A model generated the notes under the pieces. That model worked only from the letters and a program-made list of their open reading frames with translations, searched no databases and was not told where the DNA came from. This document shows positions 41,605 to 51,531 of a stretch of DNA of 64,000 nt, one piece after another. Both the position numbers and the translations under genes were made by a program. The stretch's first letter is position 1. Each line of letters begins with the position of its first letter. This DNA comes from Synechococcus sp. (lineage in GTDB: Bacteria; Cyanobacteriota; Cyanobacteriia; PCC-6307; Cyanobiaceae), in assembly GCA_047285535.1 (NCBI GenBank), contig JBJBDC010000001.1:960136-1024135 (forward strand). The letters are read 5' to 3'.

Positions 41605-42681
41605 GTGGAAATTCGTGCTATGCGTACGCTAGTGGTTACCGGAATCGTCATTCTTTCGATTCCGATCTCAGCAATCGCAAAGGAATTGCGAGTTGGGGTG
41701 AGTGGATCTCCACCATTCGTGACCAACCAGAACAATACTTTAGGTGGGATCAGTATTGAAATTTGGAAAAACGCAGCAAGTCGCCTAGACCAACCCTACA
41801 AATTTATTATTCAGCCAAACACAGAGTCAAATATAAAATCCGTAATGGATGGAAGCGTTGACGTTGCCATCGGCCCAATCAGTATCACTCCAGATCGATT
41901 AGCCAATCCAAAAGTTGATTTCACTCAACCCTATTACCATGGGCACGAGGGATTACTTCTTCCCAAGAAGCCACCGGGAATCATCGCCAGGCTCAGACCA
42001 TTTATAGGCTGGGCTGCACTTTCATCTGTTGGACTACTTCTCTCTATTCTATTTATTTTTGGCAATCTAATTTGGTTAGCTGAACGACGAAAAAACCCAG
42101 CTCAATTCCCTCGACAATACCTTCATGGCGTCGGCAACGGAATGTGGTTTGGACTGGTTACACTGACCACAGTCGGATACGGCGATCGAGCACCACTTTC
42201 AAGGAGTGGAAGGGCTATTGCAGGGATTTGGATGGTCATCTCACTAGTCGCAGTTTCTTCAATTACGGCCGGACTTGCATCAGCATTTACATTGTCACTA
42301 GCGCGATTAGGGCCATCAAAAATACAAAAAAAATCAGACTTAAAAGGGAAAGTTATTGCCGTAATCAAAGGCACTACAAGCCAAAAATGGGGTGAAGTTT
42401 ACGAAACCGATTCGTTTCTAACAAAAAACCTAGACGAGGCAATCAATCTTCTAGAAGAAGGTAAAGTTGACGGAGTAATTTTCGACGAAGCTCCGCTTCG
42501 CTATTATCTCAAGAATAACAAAGGAAGCACATTAAAACTTGCAAACTTCCCTTTAGCCATTCAAACCTACGGATTTGTTCTTCCAACAGGAAGTCAAATT
42601 AGAAACCCCTTAAACATTGAACTGCTTGACATGCAACGCAACGGAGACACGAAGAAGATCCAAGATGATCTACTAGATTAA
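41605..42681 (+). CDS. GluR0-like ligand-gated K+ channel (amino-acid-binding domain split by a 2-TM pore)
   Basis: SBP family 3 motifs (PPF, ISITPDR, VDFTQPY) plus selectivity filter TTVGYGD. Confidence 0.9.
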   Translation: MEIRAMRTLVVTGIVILSIPISAIAKELRVGVSGSPPFVTNQNNTLGGISIEIWKNAASRLDQPYKFIIQPNTESNIKSVMDGSVDVAIGPISITPDRLANPKVDFTQPYYHGHEGLLLPKKPPGIIARLRPFIGWAALSSVGLLLSILFIFGNLIWLAERRKNPAQFPRQYLHGVGNGMWFGLVTLTTVGYGDRAPLSRSGRAIAGIWMVISLVAVSSITAGLASAFTLSLARLGPSKIQKKSDLKGKVIAVIKGTTSQKWGEVYETDSFLTKNLDEAINLLEEGKVDGVIFDEAPLRYYLKNNKGSTLKLANFPLAIQTYGFVLPTGSQIRNPLNIELLDMQRNGDTKKIQDDLLD

Positions 42682-42689
42682 CCATCTTT

Positions 42690-42926
42690 TTAAGTCAAGA
42701 CGTCGTGTCTCCGAAGTCCATCTTCGATTAAAAATGTTGCAAGACTGCTACAACTCCTCCCCTCCTTTAGAGCTTGCTGCTTTAGACGATTCATCACCCC
42801 AGAAGGGATGGTCACATTGAGGCGCTCCGAACAAGCTGCTTCTGCAACCTGTCCTGCGCTTATGGGAGCATCGACAGCGACCAACTGATCCTGCAGCTCG
42901 CGAAGAAGATTTTCCAGGACCGACAC
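42690..42926 (-). CDS. ribbon-helix-helix (CopG-like) protein
   Basis: RLNVTIP...RLKQQA..EGRS.SSLA.FLIE. Confidence 0.8.
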   Translation of the reverse strand: MSVLENLLRELQDQLVAVDAPISAGQVAEAACSERLNVTIPSGVMNRLKQQALKEGRSCSSLATFLIEDGLRRHDVLT

Positions 42927-43007
42927 AGTTTAGTGACTAATTCGTATCAAAATACCATTACATGGCGTGACTAGCACCCGGTTATTCTTCTCCGTACCTA
43001 AGGGAGG

Positions 43008-43640
43008 GTGGATTCACCGATGGAAACGCTGACGCTGCATCTTGAACCTGGTCAAGACCTGCTTCAATCGTTATCGGAAGTAGCGCAACAAAGAGGGATC
43101 AACGGCTTTTTGCTTGGAATCGTTGGGAATCTATCCCGAGCCACGTTTCAATGCCCCGGCAGAGAGAGCACAACGGTTCTAGAAGGTGAGCTAGAGATCA
43201 TCACCTTGAATGGAACATTCGGAACCGACGGAGTGCATCTCCACTTGAGTCTTTCCGACGGTGCCTGCCAAGTTTGGGGAGGGCACCTGGAAACGGGATC
43301 CTTAGTGTTCAAAAGTGTTGATCTACTGCTTGGAATTCTTGAGCAAAAGGAAGCTTTAGATGAACGCAGCCTCCCACAGGTCGAAATTGCAGTACTTCCA
43401 GGATGTCCATGGTGTGCGAAAGCCTTGCGCTTATTGCATGCGTACAACCTTGCTCACACAGTCATTACTGTCGACAATGACGACACTTTTCAACAGTGCA
43501 AGAAAAGAAGTGGGATGACAACTTTTCCTCAAGTATTTGTCAAGGGTCAGTCAATCGGTGGATATGATGAGCTGGAACAACTACAACAATCAGGAAAGCT
43601 TCTTGCACTGATGCCAATGAATCAAACTCAACCCGGATAA
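43008..43640 (+). CDS. PPC/DUF296 domain fused to glutaredoxin
   Basis: LEIITLNGT, HLHLSLSD, GGHL; C-terminal CPWC, TFPQVF, IGGYDEL. Confidence 0.88.
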   Translation: MDSPMETLTLHLEPGQDLLQSLSEVAQQRGINGFLLGIVGNLSRATFQCPGRESTTVLEGELEIITLNGTFGTDGVHLHLSLSDGACQVWGGHLETGSLVFKSVDLLLGILEQKEALDERSLPQVEIAVLPGCPWCAKALRLLHAYNLAHTVITVDNDDTFQQCKKRSGMTTFPQVFVKGQSIGGYDELEQLQQSGKLLALMPMNQTQPG

Positions 43641-43722
43641 TGAACAGAAGGAAAGATTAAATAACACAAGAGGCCATAAACGACATCAAGAATTTTCGAA
43701 CCGGCTAGTTGCACTCAGAGTA

Positions 43723-43923
43723 TTACCTTGGAGCTTGATTTCCTCTGAAGTGTTGCTTTTCTTGCAATAACTCTGATTCTAGTTGTTGAATTAACTTAGT
43801 AACAAGGGCTTGAAATTCCGGTTGACAACCGCGAAACGCGGCTTTATGCCGTATTGGCTCATTACGAGTTCTTAGGTCCGTCAGCATCAGCTGCAAGGCA
43901 TCAATTTTGGCTGTGTTATTCAT
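43723..43923 (-). CDS. small conserved hypothetical protein
   Basis: Helical 66-aa ORF (LQLMLTDLRTRNEPIRHKAAFRGCQPEF). Confidence 0.65.
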   Translation of the reverse strand: MNNTAKIDALQLMLTDLRTRNEPIRHKAAFRGCQPEFQALVTKLIQQLESELLQEKQHFRGNQAPR

Positions 43924-44165
43924 GAATCGTGTGTCTCTCAAGAATCAAGGATTGAAACCACTCGGGAGTCTTCCCTAATTGTACTCTTGGCCTAGGTCTT
44001 AGCCATAAGAACTCCACACATCATGCAAGGAATCCACAGACTAATCAGCTTGCAAGAAGTAGACTGGTGGATACAGAGAGCGAACACAAATCCATAAGTC
44101 AAACCATAGAGCAACAACACCCACACTCCACCCTGTCAAAAACTCACAGAGATAAATAAACTAAA

Positions 44166-44384
44166 ATGTTTTACTCATGCAATCCAACGAAGCAAATGCA
44201 ACTCATAACTTCGAAAAAGGGAACCAATAGTCTCTCAAAAAGGATTGGTCATGCACTGAGTCGTAAATCCATCTACAAGATAGCGCAAGAACAAAAACGT
44301 CATGACCTCGAACATTGGGATAAGCAAAAAGCGCTATATAAAGAGCAAAGAATCAATAAATCCATCCATATCATTCACACCTAG
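44166..44384 (+). CDS. hypothetical protein
   Basis: Short basic ORF only. Confidence 0.35.
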   Translation: MFYSCNPTKQMQLITSKKGTNSLSKRIGHALSRKSIYKIAQEQKRHDLEHWDKQKALYKEQRINKSIHIIHT

Positions 44385-44479
44385 TCATCAGTTCGCTTGT
44401 CTGAAAATAGAAGAAACAGTAGACTGAACATCTTCTGACTCAAAGCTTCAGAGCCCATAAGTTTCTTGAGCATATTGTC

Positions 44480-44701
44480 ATGGCGTTCAACAAATGCTGT
44501 TTGCGTTGTGGGTCAACCTCATTCCGTGCAGACCGATCCCTTGCTGGGCGATTAGTATGCACACGTTGCGGTACACCAGCAGGGCAAGGGCCAATCAGTA
44601 GAACCAAACAACATGTCAGTCACAATATTGACCGTCGATGGAGGTGGTGGTTAATCGGGTTTGCAGTACTTCTTATGGTGGTTTTACTGCAATCATTATG
44701 A
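44480..44701 (+). CDS. small zinc-ribbon protein with C-terminal TM anchor
   Basis: CLRC ... CTRC plus hydrophobic C-terminus. Confidence 0.7.
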   Translation: MAFNKCCLRCGSTSFRADRSLAGRLVCTRCGTPAGQGPISRTKQHVSHNIDRRWRWWLIGFAVLLMVVLLQSL

Positions 44702-44827
44702 ACAAATAAGAGACAATCAATGGCATTATTTAAGTTTCAAATCTCAACAGGCTGATCGCATTAATCAGAAATATTGAATGTTCTCCCCACCTGAATTTAA
44801 AAAGAAAACCATATTTTGTTCATACTA

Positions 44828-45337
44828 TCAGAGATCAAAATATCTCCAAGGGATGCCGAAGGTTGCTAGAGCATGACCCTCTTCACCCATCTCTGCAGGA
44901 AAAACAGCGGCTATTGCCAACTCATCGTCCTCAAAACAATTGCGTGACTTTACGACGAAACTTGCCAGGTCATCAGCACCCCACATCAACGGACCTGCTT
45001 TCTTCTCATCCAGATACTCGTCAAAGATGACAGCAAACTCGTCACCATTTTGACCATTGAGCATCTCCTCAACAGCTGCCTCAGAGCCACGATCTGGATA
45101 AATTGAAAATAATTGCCGTATGAGTGGATGATCAATTTTCGTTGATACGCGCAGTACACTTCCCAAAGTCCCAACAGAAGACTGGGTAAGAAAGGGCGGT
45201 TCTTGACGGGCATCGATGACCGCTACAGGAAAGTTAAGATCCCAAACCAGTTTTGTCCTTACCTCAGCAGCAACCACCGCTAAGGGCTCAGACATCTGTT
45301 CAACCAATCTCTTGACCTGATCTTCTGAGATGCTCAT
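44828..45337 (-). CDS. acidic hypothetical protein
   Basis: 169-aa ORF with protein-like composition. Confidence 0.65.
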   Translation of the reverse strand: MSISEDQVKRLVEQMSEPLAVVAAEVRTKLVWDLNFPVAVIDARQEPPFLTQSSVGTLGSVLRVSTKIDHPLIRQLFSIYPDRGSEAAVEEMLNGQNGDEFAVIFDEYLDEKKAGPLMWGADDLASFVVKSRNCFEDDELAIAAVFPAEMGEEGHALATFGIPWRYFDL

Positions 45338-46462
45338 ACATACAAAATAGCGCTTGGAAGCATTGGCAAGAATCAATCTCTATGATAACAAATAAAGTGA
45401 GCACAAATGAAATTCAAATCCAGCAGCAAATTCATGAAGAAGTTCAAAAACAACTTCATCATACTGCTGAACAATCAAAACCAAAAAATGGACATTTCAA
45501 CAAATAACCAATAGCAAGACAACGTCTTGCAGAGCAATCAACTTAAAGACGATAAACATACAGAGACACGACAAACAGCTAGCAACAATTAGCGAGACAT
45601 AGGAACAATCAAAGCCATCTCACCAGGGCAATAACCCATGCAAATAATCATCAATACAGACGCAAAAAGGAACCAACCAGAGAGCTCAAAACGAAACATC
45701 AAAATCGATCAGCCAAAAAGGAGTCAACAATTACCCAAGCAGCTAAATCCAAAACACGAACTTAAAACACCTGCAATTGACTAGTGATCTATACAGATAG
45801 AGATTCAATGATTTAAAAATTCATCTAGACTTGAAATAAGAGTAGCAATCACATGGCAGTCAGAACAAAGAGCTGGCTTTGAGTTCAAAGACTAAACAAG
45901 TGAGTTGGAATACTTCCACATTGCTGTCATAACCCCTACGGCTATTGTAATCATGAGCACGCTCATGCTGATGGTATTAAAGCGAATTCGTCTTTGTATT
46001 TCCGGCATTGTTCACCTTGGATGGTGGGATGACGATAAGACAAATAAAAGATAATGACGAGATTGTATTATTCCTTCGTAAAATAGATATCACAATTGCA
46101 GGAACCCCCACCCCCTTAACTACAACCCATTACAAAGATTCCGAAAGATCTTGCATTGGGCCAAAACTCAGGAATCTTAGTGAAGCGCAATAAGTGGTTC
46201 CTGAATTCAGACCAAAGAAAAAGCAAATCATTGCAAAGCCTCTTCACCATCGACCGAATCCTGAACAGGAGAAAAAATCAAAAACCAACTATTGACGCAA
46301 TATCATGGAACTAATACTCAGCAACCAATCTTGACTCAAGTCAATGTCAAAAACAAAACAACAAAAAACTTATAAACTGAATTGATGCAAGCATTTCCTC
46401 AGGCAACGCCCTAGGTAGGATGGATCGATGCTATGCAGGATTAGCTTTGGAGAAGGAGTTAA

Positions 46463-46831
46463 ATGAGAAAGCTCAAGCCTAGGATAAAAGCACTATGTCT
46501 TAGCTTAAGCGTGACCGCAGTAATCTCAAGGCCTCTATATTCAGAAGAGATAAGAGACAAAGAGTGGATTTACATTGGCGATTCTCATGAAACAGAGAAA
46601 GTATACATAAAAAACATCAAAAAAATAGGCAAAGCTGAATTCGCCTACCAAGATTCAAATAATAATATGATTCTAGTCAAATGTGGCAGGGATCAAACCA
46701 TGGTAAGACTTTGGTATTACAACACTATAGGGAGTGAAGAATCTGATGACTTCACAAAAAAGATGCAATGGCATCGCGCAGCAGACAATTCAAAGATCGA
46801 CCTCGAGAGCACTTATATTTGTGATAATTGA
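46463..46831 (+). CDS. exported hypothetical protein
   Basis: AAGGAG upstream; signal-like N-terminus; W.YIG...C...W...IC pattern. Confidence 0.6.
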   Translation: MRKLKPRIKALCLSLSVTAVISRPLYSEEIRDKEWIYIGDSHETEKVYIKNIKKIGKAEFAYQDSNNNMILVKCGRDQTMVRLWYYNTIGSEESDDFTKKMQWHRAADNSKIDLESTYICDN

Positions 46832-46977
46832 TGGATACGAGTGATGTCTTAGAAATCAGAAACAAGACATCCTATTAGAATCAATCCAAATCAACTTGAA
46901 TCCAAATCCCCCCCTCCATTTCATGTGAAGGGGGTGGACAAACAGAACTAGACCTCGAAATCAACAATTTCGATCAA

Positions 46978-47319
46978 TCAGGACCATCCTTTAGCAGATT
47001 GCGACTCAACATAGGCAGCTACATCACTAATTTCATCACTGCCAAGCTTGGAGCCGAAGGCAGGCATACCATTCTTGCCGTTGGTCACCTGCGTAATGAT
47101 GGCTGACTCATGACCATCGTTGTAGTCAGTTAAATAAGCTTTGAGATCATCTTGGCTCAATGTCCGCTGACCATTGACAACATTTCCTCCACCCATGTGG
47201 CAAGCAGCGCAATTGGCTGAAAAAACCTGTGCACCATTGGCCTGATCTGCTGCAAATGCAAACGAAGGCGTCATCAGACTGATCAAAGCAACCAAGGCAA
47301 AACAAAGGACTTGACGCAT
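46978..47319 (-). CDS. petJ: cytochrome c6
   Basis: Signal peptide; [17 protein letters not shown]. Confidence 0.93.
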   Translation of the reverse strand: MRQVLCFALVALISLMTPSFAFAADQANGAQVFSANCAACHMGGGNVVNGQRTLSQDDLKAYLTDYNDGHESAIITQVTNGKNGMPAFGSKLGSDEISDVAAYVESQSAKGWS

Positions 47320-47456
47320 GACTGGAACAAAAGGCACATGAATAGTGCCAAATTGATCCTCTTTTCACGCGCATCCGAGGTATAGCTTCATTTTTGTTTT
47401 GTAAAGTCCGCGTCAAGTTCGTTCAGACTAGACATCCACCTCTTATTCCCCAAGCC

Positions 47457-47942
47457 ATGTTCCGAACTGTGCGCTATGCACTTTTCGCCTTTGCCCTGAT
47501 GGCCTGGTTAATCATTCAACCAGTAAAAGCCATCGCTTGCGTCGAAGGACTGGCCTGGGGGATGCCCGAAGCCGAGATCAATACTCACTTAAATGGGCTT
47601 ATTCGGCAAGACAGCCAAAATCATCCACGCCTCATCGCACGTCATGTTCACCTCGACCAACTTCCTGTTACTCAATTAACGATGGACATGGACAAGCAAG
47701 GGGGTCTTGAGTCTCTGGCCTATGAATTCAACATAGAGGACATGACGGAAGTTCTCGCCGGATTAAGGGTTAGACATGGCAAGCCAATTAGCACATCAAT
47801 TCAAGAAAAGACGTATGAAGATCAGCTTTGGGTTTGGAACACTGGAGAGGATCTGATCACTGCCATTAAACGAACAAACGGTCAAACACAAAAATTTCTT
47901 ATTTCCTATCGCCCTAGCAGACTAAGACCAGAAGCCCTGTAA
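47457..47942 (+). CDS. exported hypothetical protein
   Basis: Signal peptide followed by GLAWGM; start uncertain. Confidence 0.7.
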   Translation: MFRTVRYALFAFALMAWLIIQPVKAIACVEGLAWGMPEAEINTHLNGLIRQDSQNHPRLIARHVHLDQLPVTQLTMDMDKQGGLESLAYEFNIEDMTEVLAGLRVRHGKPISTSIQEKTYEDQLWVWNTGEDLITAIKRTNGQTQKFLISYRPSRLRPEAL

Positions 47943-48149
47943 AACATTGCGTTAAAGCATAATCAAATCATCAAATATAACGCGAATTAACCCTAGAGAT
48001 GTGTTCATGCGAAACAATACAATGACACCCAAAGCAACCTCACGCCAGCGGATTATACGGATAATCCAATATTTTATTCGGCATCATAAACCCTAAGACC
48101 TCAACTTGATGAATTCATTTCACTCTTTCTACAAAAAAATCATTCTAAA

Positions 48150-48377
48150 ATGAATGCTCTATCATTGAAATTTATCACTGCTATGACTGATCTTTTCACG
48201 CTAGTTGATGCCATCCGCTGGCCAACAGCAACAGTGCTCGCAATATTCTTGCTCAGTCGAGCCCTCATTGTGGTGGCCAGAACAGGGATTCGCGTTGAAA
48301 TTTTTACTCGAAGACCCATTCTGGTGGGAACAGGGCAAGAACCTCTCAAGGCAGAGGTCGGGAAGGTGCGTATCTAG
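48150..48377 (+). CDS. small membrane hypothetical protein
   Basis: One TM segment (IRWPTATVLAIFLL). Confidence 0.5.
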   Translation: MNALSLKFITAMTDLFTLVDAIRWPTATVLAIFLLSRALIVVARTGIRVEIFTRRPILVGTGQEPLKAEVGKVRI

Positions 48378-48400
48378 AGACAAACACAAATCAAGAGGAT

Positions 48401-48664
48401 TCAGATTCGCTCTATCTCTCTGTTGATTTCCTCTTCGGTAAAAGAGTGGCGAAGGGGGTGAGTCAGTTTCCAGCCTTGAATTACGAGGGCGATGCCCCAA
48501 CCTAAAATTGGATAGATAGGCCAAAAATAACCAAATCCAGTGAGTGCCCAGATTCCAATCAAAACTGCGTTTACACCAACATAGTTTGTTACTTGATGGC
48601 GATATGCCCGCTTACGACTAAGCCGACTAATGGCATAACGCCGAGATTGATCGTCGTAAATCAT
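48401..48664 (-). CDS. 2TM-domain protein
   Basis: Y.GVNAVLIGIW...GYFWPIYPILGWGIAL..Q...EEEINREI. Confidence 0.85.
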   Translation of the reverse strand: MIYDDQSRRYAISRLSRKRAYRHQVTNYVGVNAVLIGIWALTGFGYFWPIYPILGWGIALVIQGWKLTHPLRHSFTEEEINREIERI

Positions 48665-48709
48665 CCGAGTAAAAAGAAAGCATCCTGACAGTAATAGCTC
48701 AGAATCTGA

Positions 48710-49753
48710 TCAAAAACTGAAACTGACACCAGTACCCACATGATGACTAAAGCCCTTCCCCCAACCCTCACCGCCTTTGGAACTGTAGATAGGTTTCCAA
48801 TGAGCAAATAAAACCACGCCTTCAGTCAGGGGATACTCCATTGAAATCTCTCCTCCCCAGTCTGTCCTTTGAGAGAGTCCGGAATAGTTACCGGGTGTAT
48901 AAAACCGTGGACCAGCTGTCAGGGTGACGTTGAGCTGGTCTACAAAAAAACCGAACCCCAGCCATGTATCTGTGTAATTACCAATAAAGAGCCCATCGGT
49001 TTCCCATCCACTGCGGTTCTCTACAGAAACAAACACACCATCAATAATGGACTCCAGGCCATCACCAAGTGCGAAGTTGACATCACCATCTCCAAAGGCA
49101 TAAACAACCTTTGCACCTACTTCATTTTTGAGACCGACACTGTCTTCTCCTTGATTACCAGTCACGTAGTAAGGCCACCAAGACACTGAAAAGGCAAGAC
49201 GATCATTTGGTTGATACCGAGCTGAGACGTAGCCCTTGATGTCAGTACGGCGGAAAGGGGCCCCAGATCCGTGGCCATGACCTTCATGACCGGTGTGCTC
49301 TTCATGCTCATCGCCATGGCCATCCGCATGCTCGTCCCCGTGCTCTTCATGCTCATCGTCATGGTCGTCCGCATGCTCGTCCCCGTGCTCTTCATGGTCT
49401 CCATCGTCCACGTGAACACGGCCATAAAAATGCTCAGCTTCCCCCCACACGAGAGCCGGACCGATCTGAGCCTCAATCGCAAAACTTCCATCGTTGGGAA
49501 GTCCCCATTCCAAAACAGCTCCAAATTGACCATCAATGGCGTAGTGCTCCGGGCGTCCTTCGAGATTTGTCTCAAATCCACCATGCCCCTCAATCGTGAC
49601 GATTGGTCTGGCGTTGAATTCACCGGGTTTTAAAGACTCCCCCCCTGCAGCACTATGTGATTGTGCTGATTTAATCGCAAGATCACCAGCAAATAAAAAA
49701 CAAAAAACTGCTCCCCCTTGCAGGCAACGTCGTAAAAAGTGATTCATAATCAT
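48710..49753 (-). CDS. putative outer-membrane beta-barrel protein with His/Asp/Glu-rich loop
   Basis: Signal peptide; alternating aromatic/Gly strands; C-terminal GVSFSF; His/acidic insert; directly after znuA. Confidence 0.7.
   Translation of the reverse strand: MIMNHFLRRCLQGGAVFCFLFAGDLAIKSAQSHSAAGGESLKPGEFNARPIVTIEGHGGFETNLEGRPEHYAIDGQFGAVLEWGLPNDGSFAIEAQIGPALVWGEAEHFYGRVHVDDGDHEEHGDEHADDHDDEHEEHGDEHADGHGDEHEEHTGHEGHGHGSGAPFRRTDIKGYVSARYQPNDRLAFSVSWWPYYVTGNQGEDSVGLKNEVGAKVVYAFGDGDVNFALGDGLESIIDGVFVSVENRSGWETDGLFIGNYTDTWLGFGFFVDQLNVTLTAGPRFYTPGNYSGLSQRTDWGGEISMEYPLTEGVVLFAHWKPIYSSKGGEGWGKGFSHHVGTGVSFSF
49295..49396 (-). repeat. 45-bp tandem repeat (2.3 copies) encoding the His/acidic loop
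   Basis: GTGCTCTTCATG recurs at 49295, 49340 and 49385. Confidence 0.9.
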
Positions 49754-49800
49754 GGAAGCTGTTCAGACAAAAAGTGAAAAGAAAAAGGTAAAAAAGGAAA

Positions 49801-50706
49801 TTACTGGATTGCAGCCCAACGCTTTTGTAATTGAATGGCTCCTGGTTGATCACAACGGCCTCCTTGGGCCACAACAAATGTGCAGACATTAGCTGTGGCC
49901 GTTTGAATTAAACTTTTACCGGGTTTCTGACCATCTGGATATAAAGGCTGCTTTGCGATGGGAACACCACTACTACGACTGATACGTTTCAGTGTCTTAG
50001 TAGGAGGGAGAGAATCAGCAAATATTGCTTTGCTTCCAGATGATTTAATCGCCTTACTGATTGCTGATAAACTAGAAGGTCTTAACTTTCCACCCGGAGC
50101 ATAGCTGTCTAAAACAGGCAACTCACGCAATCCATAACGATTTGCGAACCAGGAAAAAGCTCGATGCCCTGTAACCATTACACGTTGCTTTTCAGGTACT
50201 GTCTGAATCTGCTGATTAGTCCAGTCACCGAGAGACATTAAAACACCATTAATGGAAGATCGACGGCGAGAGATTGCAGCGTCAATATTTTCATCGAAAA
50301 AAGGCTTAGTCCTAGCTGCAACAATATTTGCCATCAAGGCAATATTTGCCGGGTCATGCCAGACATGCGGATCCTTGAGAGGATTAGAAGGGATCGCTCG
50401 TTCAGCGACAAAAACAACAGATCCAGGTATTTTAATTTTGTTTAACGCAGGCGTTAAATTGTAACCATTAACCAGTGCAATTTTTGATTGAGAAAGATTG
50501 CGTCTATCAGCTGGGGTTAACGCCATAGTGTGCGGATCCGCACCGGCAGGAATCAGACAAACAACTTTGGCCTGAGAAGCTAACAACTTCTTGGTCAAAT
50601 CACAAAGAATGCCATCAGCAGCAACAACGACAGGCTTGCTAGGAGCAGCAGCAACTAGCAGACCCGCAAGAGAGGTAGCAGCAATCAGCGACACAAACAA
50701 AAACAC
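49801..50706 (-). CDS. znuA: Zn-type metal ABC transporter substrate-binding protein
   Basis: Cluster A-I SBP with DPH, DPHVW and GHRAF (three His ligands). Confidence 0.8.
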   Translation of the reverse strand: MFLFVSLIAATSLAGLLVAAAPSKPVVVAADGILCDLTKKLLASQAKVVCLIPAGADPHTMALTPADRRNLSQSKIALVNGYNLTPALNKIKIPGSVVFVAERAIPSNPLKDPHVWHDPANIALMANIVAARTKPFFDENIDAAISRRRSSINGVLMSLGDWTNQQIQTVPEKQRVMVTGHRAFSWFANRYGLRELPVLDSYAPGGKLRPSSLSAISKAIKSSGSKAIFADSLPPTKTLKRISRSSGVPIAKQPLYPDGQKPGKSLIQTATANVCTFVVAQGGRCDQPGAIQLQKRWAAIQ

Positions 50707-50711
50707 CTTGC

Positions 50712-50740
50712 GCCAAAATGATAATGATTATCATTTTGGC
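50712..50740. promoter_or_regulatory. Zur/Fur-type operator palindrome
   Basis: GCCAAAATGATAAT-G-ATTATCATTTTGGC perfect 14-1-14; core TGATAATnATTATCA. Confidence 0.88.
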
Positions 50741-51531
50741 TGTCTAGGCTTTGTGGTCGAAAGAACACTCAGTAGAAGGACGCAGCAAACTCCAATCAAA
50801 GGGCCTGGGGGCAAATCAAAAAGGAGCGCAAGTAAAAACCCCCCACCGCTCAGAGCTAATCCAACCACCGCAGACTGCATCATGGCTGCTCGCAAGCTTC
50901 GTGCTTGCGCCAAACCTGGCAAAACAGGAGCACAAAGTAAGCCAATCACTAAAATCACTCCCACCGCAGCCATTGCGCTCACAATGACTGTGGCAGTCAC
51001 GACACACAAAGCAAGCCTTAAGCCTCGGACGGGCAAGCCAGCAGCGTCAGCACCATCTGGATCCACGCCCAAATAGACAAGTTGTTGGTAACGGGTCGTG
51101 AGAAGTGCACTGAGAAGTAATCCCGCAAACAGCACTCGAACTAAATCAGGCCAAGAAATTATTAGCAAATCTCCGAACAGCAGAGCCTCCAAGTCCAAGC
51201 GCACATCCAAAAGAGGAATCATTAAGACCCCGAGCCCAAGGGATCCAGCCAAGACAGTATTCATGACAGCTTCCTGATTGGGAGTTGAATCACGTTGCAG
51301 CCGTTCCGCCAGCAACGCACCGAAGATTCCACTGATTACGCCGCCAAGAGAAGGATCCAACCCGAGTGCAACGGCCAGGACCAAACCTGGGAGTACGGCA
51401 TGAGAAATTAAATTGGCCTGGAGCACCCGTCTCTGAGTTACCAAAAGAGTGCCGGTGATCGGACAAAGCAGCCCAACCATTAAGGCCATCAACAGGGGCA
51501 GCAGCCAGAAAATAAATTCATCCACAGCCAT
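50731..51531 (-). CDS. znuB: metal ABC transporter permease
   Basis: ISHAVLPG, LLFGDLL, GVILVIGLL.AP. Confidence 0.82.
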   Translation of the reverse strand: MAVDEFIFWLLPLLMALMVGLLCPITGTLLVTQRRVLQANLISHAVLPGLVLAVALGLDPSLGGVISGIFGALLAERLQRDSTPNQEAVMNTVLAGSLGLGVLMIPLLDVRLDLEALLFGDLLIISWPDLVRVLFAGLLLSALLTTRYQQLVYLGVDPDGADAAGLPVRGLRLALCVVTATVIVSAMAAVGVILVIGLLCAPVLPGLAQARSLRAAMMQSAVVGLALSGGGFLLALLFDLPPGPLIGVCCVLLLSVLSTTKPRQPK

